A DNA stretch of 64,000 nt from Vicugna vicugna (Eukaryota), in assembly GCA_013265495.1 (NCBI GenBank), contig MU058781.1, positions 10,149,009 through 10,213,008 of the forward strand. The letters are read 5' to 3'. Within the stretch, counting starts at the first letter, position 1. Every line of letters starts with the position of its first letter. Under the pieces are notes generated by a model, which was not told the DNA's origin, did no database searches, and saw nothing but the letters and a program-made list of their open reading frames with translations. Of this stretch, positions 1 to 12,546 are shown piece by piece. The position numbers and the translations under genes were made by a program.

Positions 1-585
1 GGAGCTATTTATGTTTACCAAAATAGATTTCATAGTTGCTTTGGACTGATAATTACTGTGTGCCTCCCATATTCCCTGTTTTTGGATGAAAGGGTTTATT
101 ACGATTTTCTTGTCCCTGTTTTACAATTGTATGTTGAAGATATGAGGAAGAGATAAGTTCTCTTATTTTCTCACAAATCTTCAAATCAGGAGAATCCATG
201 CCTTATGAACATCATCTGCGCCTAGATTTGATGTAGCGGATGAGAATCCGGACGTCAAACCTGACTATACAAGATGTGGTCTTGTGGGTTGTTGGAGGGA
301 GTAAATATATTTTGTATGTGGAAAGGACTTGAATCATGGAGGGCCAGAAGACAGGTGACCCTAACAGTAGGAAGAGGACATGTGAGGAAACACTGTGGCC
401 CTTGCTGGCAGCCCCGAGCTTCTAGCTGACAAGTGTCAACTTGTCAGAAAGTGAGTGAGCCATTATGGAAGTAGACCCTCTGACCCCAGCTGAGCCACCC
501 CAACTGACACCCTGTCAAAGACAATTCAGCCCAAATTGCAGAATTGTAAGCAAATAAATTATTTGGGTGATTTGTTATGCAAGAG
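1..585 (+). mobile_element. MaLR (MLT1) internal 3' end followed by an MLT1F/G/H-like LTR remnant
   Basis: Resembles the MLT1-int end (TATATTTTGTATGTGGAAAGGAC..GAGGGCCAG) and the MLT1 LTR 3' part (CCCAAATTGCAGAATTGTAAGCAAATAAA..TTTGTTATGCA). Recalled consensus. Confidence 0.7.
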
Positions 586-1729
586 AGATTTGAAATGTTT
601 TATCTCTAGAACAAAGACAGATTAGGGTCCATCCTAAAAACTTCCACCCCACCCTTCTTACTTTATTTTCAAGTCTACTATACTTCCAATTCTCTTTTAG
701 GATCAAGTGGTTGAGTTATTGTGATTTTATTTGGGAGCACTAAATTCAACACCAAGGCAAGATTTTATTTATTCTTTTAACTACATGTAAGTTGTTCAAA
801 GGAGCAAGAGAAATTCTTGACCCTTGGAAAATTCCAGGACTAAGTTAAGATTCTTCTTACTTTCCAAATATGGCTCTATTTTATCTTCTAACTATAAACC
901 TGAATAAACATTTAATGTGAGATGTATTGTAGCATTGAACCGTCTGTTCTACTTAATTCCACATCATTCATTCATTCATCTTCACTTATGAATCCATCCA
1001 CCAATTTTTTATGCTTATTCCTTATTTATAAACCTATATTAAATATTGAGAGAAACACAAAATTGAAAATAATGTACTAATTCTGATGGATTTTTTTTAT
1101 CTAGTTGGTTTCAAGAGATCTAGGAGAAGTAAATTATTTTTGAACTTGATCACCTTAAATCTACTAGTTACTAAAAACGTTAAAAGAAGCAGATAGGAAA
1201 ATAGTATTTCTGGCACATTGTAGATTCCTTGCAAGTGTGTTTAATGCCTAATGAATGAGTAGATGAAGGGAGTAAATGAAATATCATCTGGATACTTAAT
1301 CTAAAGCCAGGAAGATAGAACAAATCCAGGGAAATTGTGTTTTGTAGATTGAGATGTGTTCTGCTGAGTTCAGGGCTGTTTTGCTTTGTCCCAGACTCAG
1401 GGATTTTCAGATTAGTAAATTGTTCTCTTTTACCTAGAAGCCAACCATATGAGAGAACACATGAAAAAAAGATCTTTACGTAGGGAAGAAGCAGCAAGCT
1501 CCTTCAAATGACCACATGAACTTATTTTTTAAAAAAAGACTTAAAGCCATTAAAGAGTCCTGTCCTCTGTTTGCAGTAAACTTAGTGACACTCTGTCTAG
1601 GAGACAAAGTAGAGGGTGGAAAAGACAGAACATCACAATTGAAGAGGATCCTGTGTTTTATTACTTGTGAAAAATAAATTCTATTTAAGTTTTTAAAATG
1701 TAAAAGCAGTGAAGGCAGTAGAAATATTT

Positions 1730-2240
1730 TGGTTATGTACGGCTGTGTGCAAACAGCTCTGAAACTTAATGGCTTAAAACAACTGCTCTTTTATCATTTC
1801 TCATAATGGCACAAGGAAATGGTATGTGGTAGTGTCCAAATGGATTTTTTCACGAATGTGCCTCAGATGTGTGTATGGCCCCCAAATGGCTCAACTTGGG
1901 TCGCATATCTGGGACTTATTTCCGTTCTTTCAGCTGGGCTTGTCGGTCGTCCTCCAGTAGTGTCAGGGTTTCTGCTCCCCACATAGGTCTTACCACAGGG
2001 TCTCTCGAACGGGGGAGCCATGCTTCCTACCTGGAAGCTGGGGCTCCCAGAGATGCAAACCCAGAAGCTGCTGGACCTCCTTCAGGCTTAGGCCTGGAAC
2101 TGGAACATCATTGCTGCCACAGGATTCTACTGGCTAAACAGACTTTCAGGCCCAGCCCAGACTTAAGGAGAAGGCACTACACAAAAGTGTGAATACAGAA
2201 GGTGTGATTTATTGTGACGCTCCAATGGAACAGGTCACAA
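1730..2240 (-). mobile_element. Old MaLR LTR (MLT1I/J/K-like)
   Basis: AAACTTAATGGCTTAAAACAAC..TTTCTCATAAT start and CTGGAACTGG..CTGCCACAGGATTCTACTGGCTAAA motif, typical of antisense MLT1 LTRs. Confidence 0.65.
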
Positions 2241-4954
2241 AGTGCAATTCTTAGTGCACATCACCTGTAGTCACAAGTCTAAAATCAAAGTTGCAAAACA
2301 TTCATTTGGCCCCTGCAAAATATACAGATGACACGGAGGGAGGATCACAGGATCATGACTAGCTCATCTCCCAAGGATGGACTAAGTATAAAAAAAGTGC
2401 CCTGGAGGAGGAAAGACTCTTTCATGTGTCATCTTGAACATTAATTGTTTTGATTGAAATCATTCTTTTCCATGTCACAGAGCAGAATGAATTTTACCAT
2501 GCTGCTGTGAATTACCCTCTAGAAAAGTCAGACTCTGAATGTAGAAATCTCTATTTCAGGAATGTGTATCTCTCTGCAAAATTCTTATTCTTCATGCCAA
2601 TTTTGCACAAAAAATTATAAAATTAAAGGAAGTAAAGGCATGCTATCCTAACAGAATCCTATGTGTTTTAGCTAAGGGCTGAAGACTAATGCCCAAAGCA
2701 CACTTGTACATCAGAATACCACCATTTACACCTTTTATTCTCTTGTTTTCTTATGTATTGTGCAAGGTCCTACCTAAAAGTGATTTAAAGGGCAACTATC
2801 AAGATGACAGCTTAAAAATAATCTTTTCTGCATTGTTTCTTTGATGTTCAATTGTGTAATTTCAGAAACAGACATATTTAATCATCTCATTTGATGAATC
2901 TACATTATCTCATTGTAGGATAGTAAAAGAATGACAAGGCAAGTTCATACTTTTCAAAATATTTTATTATCTGCTGCTCAAGGACTAACTCAGTTTTGCA
3001 AATTAATATTGGAAGAGAGAGTGAGAAACATTTCAGGGAAAAAGATCTTAAGTGGATCTTCATAGTTTTGAGAGAATAAGTTGTTTTCTATAAATTATAT
3101 TTTATATATTATTTTAATTTCTCAAATGTGGCTAACCTCCCACATAGTGAAATTTTAGTTCTGATCATTATCAACCTTTCTATTTTTCTGTTACAAAAAA
3201 ATGGTACGTTTTCCATATACATTTTTATGCAACTCTGCCACAGTGCATGAGATGAAATATTTGAATAGCATCTGATGTTGTGTGTGCTTTTCACCCCAGG
3301 AGATTGCTTTCAAGAAAAAGCAGTAGCCAGGATGTCTCGGAGTCTTTCTGTCAGTATTCAGACATCTTTTATTTTTGGCTTCATTCTAATCCTTGGGTAT
3401 AAGAATTGGAACCCCAAGCATGTACTCTTGGTTTACCTTATACTAAATGGTCAAGGAAGAGGGAAAGGGAGAAAAAAAAAGTGGAGAAAGAGATTGTTTT
3501 AATATGAATGTTTCCCTGGTGTGAAGACATTAGATGTGAAACTATAGCCAAAATTAACATGTATGTGCATGTGTGTGTGTGTGTGCGCGTGGGTGAGTAG
3601 CAACCTCTTTGTTGAATCATAATCAATACCGTTCTCAGAGAAGCTTACAGGCAAGAATGCCTACTCTGATACTTTAACGTGCTAATTCTTTTGAATTTGC
3701 AGCCTTGGAATGTACGAGTCTATGTCCATGTGATCTCCTATTATTAAAAAGAACATATTTGATTATGTTTCTTTATTAATAGGGTGACTTTATGACTTGC
3801 CTGAAAACCACAAGATAAGTCAAAACCACCTTCTCCCGCCCCAGCCCCTTTACCACTGGTTTTTCTGAACTGCTATGAATAATCTAAAGCCCTATTCAGC
3901 TTGCAGCCAGATGTGAACAATCACCGCTTGACACAGGGTACAAATAACACCTACTCCAGCCATTACTCTTAAATTGGAGCTGTGCCCTTGATGGAGGCTG
4001 GAGATTGCTCTGGCTTTTGTAACTTGCACGTGAATGGTGGTAGGCACAGAGTGAGAAGGAGGCCAGAGTATTTAGGGGACAAGCTGGAGGCAGATCTGGA
4101 CTTGTCTCACATGAGAGTGGTCTGTTTTAAAGCAAAGTGAGGTCACAGGTCACAGTTCAACCTGTAGGACTAAGTAGACTAATGTGTTAGGCAGACACAG
4201 ACCAGTTAAAACCAAACCAAACAAAAAATAAGGTGAGGAAGGGTCCAGCCAACTTTGAAACCTAAATGACCATTTGTTCTCCTTCTTTCAAACTTTCGGG
4301 AATCTTCCAACCAGCCAAGGGTAGAGCTGTTTATGATTCATAGTTTGAGAAAATGGGGTCCTGACATCTGACCTTGCATTAACCAGAGATACAGAGGAGG
4401 ATGAAAAAGAGTCTGGACAGGAAAAGTGCTATTCTCCTAGCAAGCTGCTCTGTTTGATGGTCAGATTTTCCCAGTTCCTGAGATTATGCTTCAATGAAGT
4501 TAGGCTGCATTCTTTCCTTCCACCTGGATGTCTCATATTTGTTGTGAAGAATAACAGCATGCCATCTGCAGAGATGACCCCTGCTGAGTTAATGTTCAAG
4601 ACCAAGGCATGAGAGCTATAAAAACCAGGAAAACAGGTAGCCTGTCTTAATTCTTTCTTCTTGAATTATTTCTGTTTTATTTACTTCAGCATTTTTCTTA
4701 AACAATGTTTTTCTTAAACATTTTTGACAAGAATGAGATTATCCTCTGATTATCCTGAGATTATCCATGAAATGATTGCCTCTAACAGGGTAAAAATAAA
4801 CAAGGTCCACAAGTTGTGATCAGTACTAGTGAAGTTCATAATTCAATGATTAGATAAGCAAAGGAAGTGGGGTACAGTATATTCTTTAAAAGAGACCCAG
4901 GTTCCTTAAGAAGGCATAAAGTGTGTAGAAATTTCCCCCCATTAAGAATTATTT

Positions 4955-5775
4955 AGTGGAGCGATGGGAATTCTCATATCTTGCTGTTGGGAATGCAGGC
5001 TGGTCCAGCCACATTGGAAAACTGTTTTGCTGCTCCCTACAAAACTAAACATACTCTTATCATAAATCCAACAATCATGCTTCTTGGTATTTACCCAAAA
5101 GAGTTGAAGTCTAATGTCTACACAGAAACCCGCACATGGATGCTTACAGCAGCTGTATTCGTAATTCCCCACACTCGGAGGGAACCAAGGTGTCCCTCAG
5201 CGAGTAGATGGCTAGATAAACTGCGGTACACCCAGACAATGGGATATTGCTCATCACAAAAAGGATATGAGTTACCAACCCATGAAAAGACACGGAGAAA
5301 CCTTAAATGCATTTTACTAAGTGAAAGAAGCCAATCTGGAAAGGCTATATACTGTATGATTCCAACTCTGGAAAAGTTGACATTCTGGAAAGGCAAAACT
5401 ATGAAGACAATAAGGAGATTACTAGTTGCCAGAGGTGGTGGGTGGGGTGGGGTAAGAGTGAATAGGCAGAGATTTTTAGGTCAGGAAAAGTACCCTGAGT
5501 GGTATGCTATGATGGGTAGATGTCATCATACATTTGTCCAAACCCATAGAAGGTACAGCAGCAAGAATGAACTGTAACTCAAACTGTTGCTTTGGGGTAA
5601 TTATGAAGTGTCAGTGTAGGTTCATCAATTGTAACATATTTTTATAACCCACTCTGGTGGGTGATGTTGATTATGGAGGAGACAAGTGCATGGCTTAGGG
5701 GGGTGTTTGAGAAATCTCTGTACCTTCTTTCAATTTTGTTATAAACCTAATACTGCTATAAATGTTTTTAAAAAT
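4955..5775 (+). mobile_element. L1MB-like LINE-1 3' fragment (ORF2 C-terminal remnant plus 3' UTR)
   Basis: ORF 4981..5577 contains LLGIYPKELKS..TRTWMLTAAVFVI..PRCPS..WLDKL, a decayed L1 ORF2p C-terminus. The 3' UTR motif GAAATCTCTGTACCTTC..CAATTTTG..AAACCTAA is present. Confidence 0.9.
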
Positions 5776-6060
5776 CATTTAAATCATTTAGAAGTGAAAA
5801 ATGAGAATTGGAGGAGGGAAAAAAAAGCCTTCATATTCATTAAACAGAAAAAAGAATACTCTTAATGTTAACCCTGGTTCCATGCTTGTCGCTGTGATGC
5901 TGTCTGACTCGGTTATTGGTGGTCCAGGTGAAGTCTTAGTAGAAAAAACCTCACTGGCTTAATTTAAATTTCAGCCACCCTAGCTCTTAGAGCTATGAAT
6001 AGACTCACTCTCATTTGTTTGGCCTGTGGGGAAAATCACCTCTTAAAAGTATGCTTTGTG

Positions 6061-6097
6061 CACAACATTGTAAATCAACTATACTTCAATTAAAAAA
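6061..6097 (+). mobile_element. Extremely 5'-truncated young L1 (3' tip plus polyA) with 16-bp TSD
   Basis: CACAACATTGTAAATCAACTATACTTCAATT(A)n is the reverse complement of the L1 end seen at 42186ff. Flanked by AAAAGTATGCTTTGTG (6045-6060) and AAAAGTACACTTTGTG (6098-6113). Confidence 0.85.
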
Positions 6098-6289
6098 AAA
6101 AGTACACTTTGTGAGAAGGGTACTAGATTTCCCTTGAAAATAACATTTATGTACTGAACCTTTTAAGAAAGAAAAAGTTGCTGAACATACAGCAAAGGAT
6201 TTAAAAACTGATCAAGTACAATATTAATATTGAGAATGCTGATGAAAAGAAATTACATGATTGTTGGAAATACTAACAAGAACCAGCTT

Positions 6290-7010
6290 AATTTTGTTAA
6301 TTAAGTTATGTCTGTATATATTAAAGTGCACAGAGCTTAAGGGAAGATCTTAGTGAATTTTTATATATTGTGTTAATTTCTTTTACCACCACCCATATTA
6401 AGATATGGAACATTTCTAGCCTTTTAGAAGGCTCCCTCCCAACCCTGCAGTCAGGATGCATCTCGAAGGGAGCCGTTATTCTGTTTTTCCTCTTTTTGAA
6501 TTCCATGTACTTGAGGTGTATGGAATGTATGTTTTTGTACCTGACTTCTTTATTCGGCATCATGTCTGTGAGATTCATCTCTGTTACTATGTGTCTCATT
6601 AGGTCCTCCCTTTTTATTGTTGTATAGGATTCTGTTGTAGGTATTTATCACGATTTATTTACTTATTTGCCTGTTGATGGAGATTTTTTCCCCAGAGTGT
6701 GGCTGTTATATGAATGTAACTGTATATATCATTTGGAGGGCAAAAGCATTCATTTTGGATAGATGTGTACTCAGTAGTGGAGTTGCAGGTCACAGTATAT
6801 AGATTTACTAGGTCCTGCTCATATTTTCCTAGCGTCATTGTACCAATTAACAGCCCCGCCGACAAAACTCAAGAGTTTTCATCCTCCTCGGCGCTTCATA
6901 TTCTTAACTTTAGCCATTCTGCTGGTTGTTAGTGATATCTCATCTTAATCTGTATTTTTCTGATGAATAATTGTGTTGAACAAGTTTTCATATGTTTATT
7001 GTCTTCACCT
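6290..7010 (-). mobile_element. Old L1M (L1MB/ME-like) fragment
   Basis: Antisense L1 motifs TTTATTCGGCATCATGTCTGTGAGATTCATC, TAGTGGAGTTGCAGGTCA and TTTTTCTGATGAATAATTGTGTTGAACAAGTTTTCATATG. Confidence 0.8.
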
Positions 7011-8523
7011 TTTTTAAAAAGAATAGAAGATTTGGGAGTTCAGCTTAAAAGTTACTCAAGAAGCTTGGGTATAAAATCAGTTTCTTGGCAGTGAAAAAGG
7101 AGGTGAGAAAAGCGAACTAATGTTTACATCGTGCGGATCACGCTGTGAGAACTTTACATACGCTGTCTCAGTTAATTCCTATCATAGCCATATGTGGTAG
7201 ATATTTTTTAATGGATGGTAAAGTTCGCATATCTGTGAACAGAATTCATTCAATTTTGTATTCCCTCTACCCTGATATCCCTTAATTTTCCTTCACTCCC
7301 ACATACATTGGAAGTTAACGTTTTTTCCAGACTGATGAAGAATCTGTGTTATTACAATGGCTTCCTACTGATGTTTCCTTAACCCCTTAACAATCTACCA
7401 TCATGCTAGACAGTGTTCCATAGGCTTTTAGGTGTTTAAATTTTTATTGTAAATCATTACCATTATAATTTAAGAAACTGATAAGTTTTTTCCATTTTGA
7501 AAAAAAATCTATCCCTTCCTTCTGGCCAAATGGGAAACCAGATCCTTGCTTTTTCAAATTGTATTAAGAGAGGTAATCAATGACCTGCTTGCTTTATTAG
7601 TTATTTTCAAAGGCCTTTCAGATCCTAGCCTTAATGAGTAGACTTATCCCAACTCCTGAATGAAATATTTACACACTTCTTTTAGGTTTTAGCAATTCTT
7701 CCTTATCTAGGATTTTCCATTTACCATAATGTCCTCATACTTAGTCTCACTGACATGAATAGCCTGTTTAAAGAAAAAAGAGACTAGATGCAAAATGTTA
7801 ACTTGAGAGGAAAACCAATAATTTTCTTAGCCTCAGAAAGACGTTTATGTGGTACCTTACTAGGGGGTGTCCAAGTTGGCTGACGGCGTTACTGACTTCA
7901 TTATTGGGTAAGTTTTCCTACATCCCAATGCTCAGTTGCTCTCTTCTTACTCAACCTGCAACCAAAACAAAACAAAGCCCAAAATCGAAAAGGAAGAAAA
8001 ACTTCACTGGAAAAAAAGTAAATGACAGTTATCTATTTTTAAATAAGACAAAAATATACCTTAAATATTAAGCAAAGCCCTTCCAGTGTGGTTCTCAAAA
8101 AGAAGGTAAAGGTTAACTGGAAAGGTAAACTCAGTATGTAGAGTTAATGTCTTAAGCACTTTACTCAAGGCTGGGCACATAATCCTCAGAAAATTGTTTG
8201 ATTCATCTTATTTTGCCTTGTCCAGATACTTTTAAATATCAGTATTATCTTAGTACGCTTGCTTATTGTGTTTAAACAAAAGCCTATTCACTTTTGGCAT
8301 TTATTCCTTTTACTACAAAACTAAAAACATCTTCCTTGAAATATCATAATCAGCCACTTCAACTTCTAAAACGTCCCAGGTCTAGATCAATTTTTCACAT
8401 CTTCAATAAAGATGTATACATTATTGACAAGTGTCACCAGAAGCAAATGCATTAGCTTCTGAGCTTTATTGAACAATGTCAGATGACATGGCATAAGTCC
8501 AGCTTGCCTCTATTGTACAATTT

Positions 8524-8653
8524 TGTTATGGGAGTTGGGGGAGGAGAGGTAATTAGGTTTGTTTGTTTGTTTGTTTAATGGAGGTACTGGGGTTGAACCC
8601 AGGACTTCCTGCATGCTAGGCACATGCTCTACCACTGAGCTCTACTCTCTCGC
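8524..8653 (-). mobile_element. tRNA-derived SINE, camelid Vic-1-like
   Basis: GAGGTAATTAGG(TTTG)n..GGAGGTACTGGGGTTGAACCCAGGAC..TGCATGCTAGGCACATGCTCTACCACTGAGCT contains the antisense B and A boxes. TSD TGTACAATTT at 8514-8523 and 8654-8663. Confidence 0.85.
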
Positions 8654-10189
8654 TGTACAATTTCTGAATTTACCCTTGTCTGTGTTTTTCTATTTGGTAT
8701 AATGTCCAGTGGTTGGAGCTGTTTATATAAAAAATTCAAATCCACTCTTTGCCATACATTTGAGTGGATTTACACAATCAAGTGAGTTGAGAGAAAGCTT
8801 ATGGATTTGATATAAAAGTGCTACCTTGGGTTTGGCACTGTCAGTTACATATTTGGATAGACAACAGGGCTGGCAGCCAGCTCTCTGAAGGGGTAACAAT
8901 TTCTGATGCCTTTTCCCAAGTGTCTTTATTTTGCCCTAAAAGTGACTTTATTAAGTTAAAGAGTCACCAATAAATCTCTATTGTAGCATTAAAAACAAAA
9001 AAGAAAACCTTACTTAGGTCTTTTTTTGGAGCAACAGTGTTTTCCTAAGGGAGCTGGGAATAATTCAGCTCAGTTGCCTTCAGTCCAATCTCATTCGAGA
9101 AGACAGAATTAGCCCTTTATTCAGACAGAGTGGGGAAGCTGGGAAACAAACAAACAAACACACAAACGAGAGGTCAGAATGTGAATGAGACAGTGACCAG
9201 GTTTTTGGTTAGCATTATTGCTCAAATTGTGGGAATGACCTTTCTAGGCTGCTTTTTAGGGTGTACGTGAGTGGCTGTTCTGAGATTTAGGGATAGGCGG
9301 AACGGGGTATGGCTGGGTGTAGCGGAGATGTGGCTTCCCAGGGAAAGCAGCCTGACCAGGAGGGGGCATGACAGAAACGCATGACCTTCCTTTAGAGAAA
9401 GATTCCTGCACCCTTGTGTTTGAAGTCTTCATCCGTAGAAGTGTGTGTATAATGCCAAGAGAAAGGAAGAGTGATTTTCACCACTCTCTTGTTTAGCTTT
9501 CATTCTCATTATATACAACGGGGAGCTATGGTACGTTCCTCTGAGGGTGCATCTCTCCAGGGCAGCAAGTCCACAAGGGTGGCTGCCGGCTGCGCACGAC
9601 AGAAGCTGGGAACAGAAGAGGAAGGACCATTTGGCATGAAATGCAGTATTGGAAGGAGAATCATCAGGGCTCACATCTTACCACCTCTGACAGGACCTCA
9701 GGCTTAGAACCAAGTAGTAAAGGCTTTGGAATATTTTAGATCAGTGACTGAAAATGAGAGCAAAGCACCTGGTAAATGACAAATAAATCATATAGGTGCC
9801 CCTCATCCAAATCCACAAAGCAGTTCCAACTTTAACTCCATTCCGTATTAGAATGGTTCTAGAGGGCCGTCTGGAAATACTTTCTCATTCTTATTGACTC
9901 GCTTTTGACAGATAATCTTGAATATGTCGGTACATAAGAGTTTCACATTCCATGAGTGTGAATTGTTAGGCGGGAAGGTAGAAGTTAAAGTGTACAGACA
10001 ATCAGTGATCAGATAACGGAAGGCTTGCCTTTTTTTTCCCTAAGTACTTATTATTTATTCTATAGGACCTAAAAAATAGTACACATAATGAGGAACCATC
10101 GAAGGCTTCAAAGAGGGAAAATAATTGCCTTTAAGTACTACAAATCGTCAACATTCACTTTTCTTTTGCTTTAGGTGATTGATTTAAGA

Positions 10190-10300
10190 CCGTGATCCCC
10201 AAATTTATCTGAACATTAGAATTGTTTAGGAATCTTTTGAAAAATCCAAAGCACAGATCACATCCCAAACCAATTAAATCACAATCTCTAGGAATGGGTG
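10190..10300. mobile_element. MER5-like hAT/Charlie MITE fragment
   Basis: CCGTGATCCCCAAATTT..CATTAGAATT..CCCAAACCAATTAAATCACAATCTCTAGG resembles MER5A/B. Confidence 0.55.
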
Positions 10301-10899
10301 TTGGGAAATATGGAAATTAAGAAAAGAAATAGTAAATATAATTTAGAGCAGATTGAATTGACTTGAAATGGGCTGGGCCAATTCATTTATTTATTTTAGA
10401 TTTGTTTTTATCATGACCTTTTACATGACATAATGAAACAGTGCCAGGACTCTCACCAAAATAGAAATCGATCCAGTTGTGTTATTGCACAGGCACTTTG
10501 TAGCTTGTTAGAAGATGTAGGAGCTTGAGGTAAGGCAGGAAAGATGATTTTCCAGAGACTATAAACTTGGGTCCATAAATCCCCCTTCATTTCTCCCATG
10601 GACTCATGCCCCTATAGTGATATTTTCACTGTAACTTGATGTATTTGTATAACATTTGTGCTTAGAGAGCAAATGATATTTATCTTTACCACGATGTAGT
10701 GCTGCGTCTGAGCCGGCACGACCACACAGGTCAGTTATAGGTACGCTCTTTCCTTGTTACTCATTTCAGGTAGGGATCACGTAACACACAAAAGGGCTTC
10801 TCCATTATGTCCTGTGTCTTGCCTTTTTCTTCTACTTTGGGTGCAAAGCAGAGCTTTTTCCCATGACCTTTCTTGGGTGTTGAGGAGGAAGGCCCCCCC

Positions 10900-11398
10900 T
10901 TTTTTTTAATTGAAGTATATGTGATTTACAGTGTTGTATTAGTTTCTTGTGTACAGCATAGTGATTCAGTTATACATGTATATATTCTTTTTCATTATAG
11001 ATGATCACAAGCTATTGACTGTAGTTCCCTGGGCTATAAGTAGGACCTTATTGTTTATTTTATACATAGTAGTTTGTATCTGCTAATCCCAGACTCCTAA
11101 TTTATCCCTCCCCTCCCCTTCCCCTTTGGCAACTGCAAGTTTGTTTTCTATGTTTGTGAATCTTTCTGTTTTGCAAAAAAGTTCATTTGTGTCTTTTTTT
11201 AGATTCTACGTGTAAGTGATATCACATGATATTGGTCTTTGTCTAATTTACTTCATTTAGTATGATAATCTCTGTGTCCATGCATGGTGCTGCAAATGGC
11301 ATTATTTCATTCTTTTTTATGGTTGAGTAGTATTCCTGTGTGTGTGTATGTGCATGTGTATCTATAACACAACTTCTTTATCCAATCATCTGTTGATA
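10900..11398 (-). mobile_element. Young artiodactyl/camelid-type L1 3' end
   Basis: PolyT followed by AATTGAAGTATATGTGATTTACAGTGTTGTATTAGTTTCTTGTGTACAGCATAGTGATTCAG. Homologous to the copies at 42170 and 48950. Confidence 0.9.
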
Positions 11399-12353
11399 TT
11401 TTTTCCTTTTTAGTTACAAAATGCTTTTTAGTTAACACACACGCACACACTCCAAATGCAAACAAACTATGAACTTTTTGTGGTCTAGCTTGTGACCTTA
11501 AAGTAGAAAACATGGCTGAGATGTAGTCTAAAGAGAGTGATGCTGTGCCGCACCTCCAGATTTGGTGAATATAATGTGTTGCTCAGAACTCTGAATTTTA
11601 AACAGGTGCTCAGATACTTCTGATATGATTGGTCTGCTTTCACTTTTAGAAACACTGATTTTGGCAATGAGGTTCAAAGATAAATAAGGGGGGGGGAACT
11701 GCTTGAAAGTGTTTTGGATCAAAACAATATTTGTGGTTTCCATATGTGTCATAGACATTGTTCTGAATCTGAACGATGTTTCTCCTGCCACAAGGTCTAA
11801 GAAAAATGTCCAAGCTGGACCCGCCTCCTTCTTTGAAGCCGTCTCTCCTCCTCCCTTTCCCAGCCGTTCATGGCTGTTCTCTCCCCACCCACACTGTATT
11901 TGTTGGCGATTTTGGACTCTCCTCATTCCTTAGCTTTGTCCCCTGTCCTTAGTCCAATTTTCTATTTATTTATCTATTTATCTATGCATTTATTTATGAC
12001 TTTCATGGTGCTCAGCCATTAGGGGCTCTACCTGGCCAGCCCAGCCAGTGTGCCACTAGAGCCAGGTAAGCCTCCCTGGCTTCGTGGTCTGTTGGATAGT
12101 GATTTTGCTGCCCAGTAGGAGGTTGCCGTGAAATGAGAATTAAAACTAGAAGCCCTGTGATCTGATTTTGCTTTAACATTTAGCAACAGAACAATCTTGA
12201 ACAAATTCCGCTTTTAAAGTGTGTCTTCTTCTTTGGAAAGTTGGACAAATGAATATCTGTTCTGCCTACTTCGTGAAGTTACTATGAGAAGAAGGGAAAC
12301 TGCTCTATGTCAAAATAATAGGTAAATCCCGAAAGCCGCAAAAATGGCTAAGG

Positions 12354-12546
12354 CAATGGTTCTCAAGATTTAGCTTGCCTCGGACTCATCGGGAGGGCTT
12401 GTTGAAGCACACCTTGCTGAAACCCACTCCCAGGGTTGGTGACACAGTGGGTCTGGAGGAGAGCCCAGGAGCTCACTTTTCTAGAAACTTCCAGGAAACA
12501 TTGAGGCTGAAGTTGCTGACTGCAGGATCACACTTTGAGAACACTG
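12354..12546. mobile_element. MER5A hAT-Charlie MITE
   Basis: Terminal inverted repeats CAATGGTTCTCAA..TTTGAGAACACTG, about 190 bp, with typical internal GGAGGGCTTGTT..CCCACTCCCAG. Confidence 0.85.

Noticed and set aside
4690..4768. Short local repeats (TTTTTCTTAAACA x2, GATTATCC x3); similarly AGTTGAGGCTCAT x2 near 44840
   Set aside because: These are ordinary slippage micro-duplications.
4981..5577. Longest ORF (198 aa) as a gene
   Set aside because: It is a decayed L1 ORF2 C-terminus running into the L1 3' UTR, with a non-ATG start. Not a host gene.
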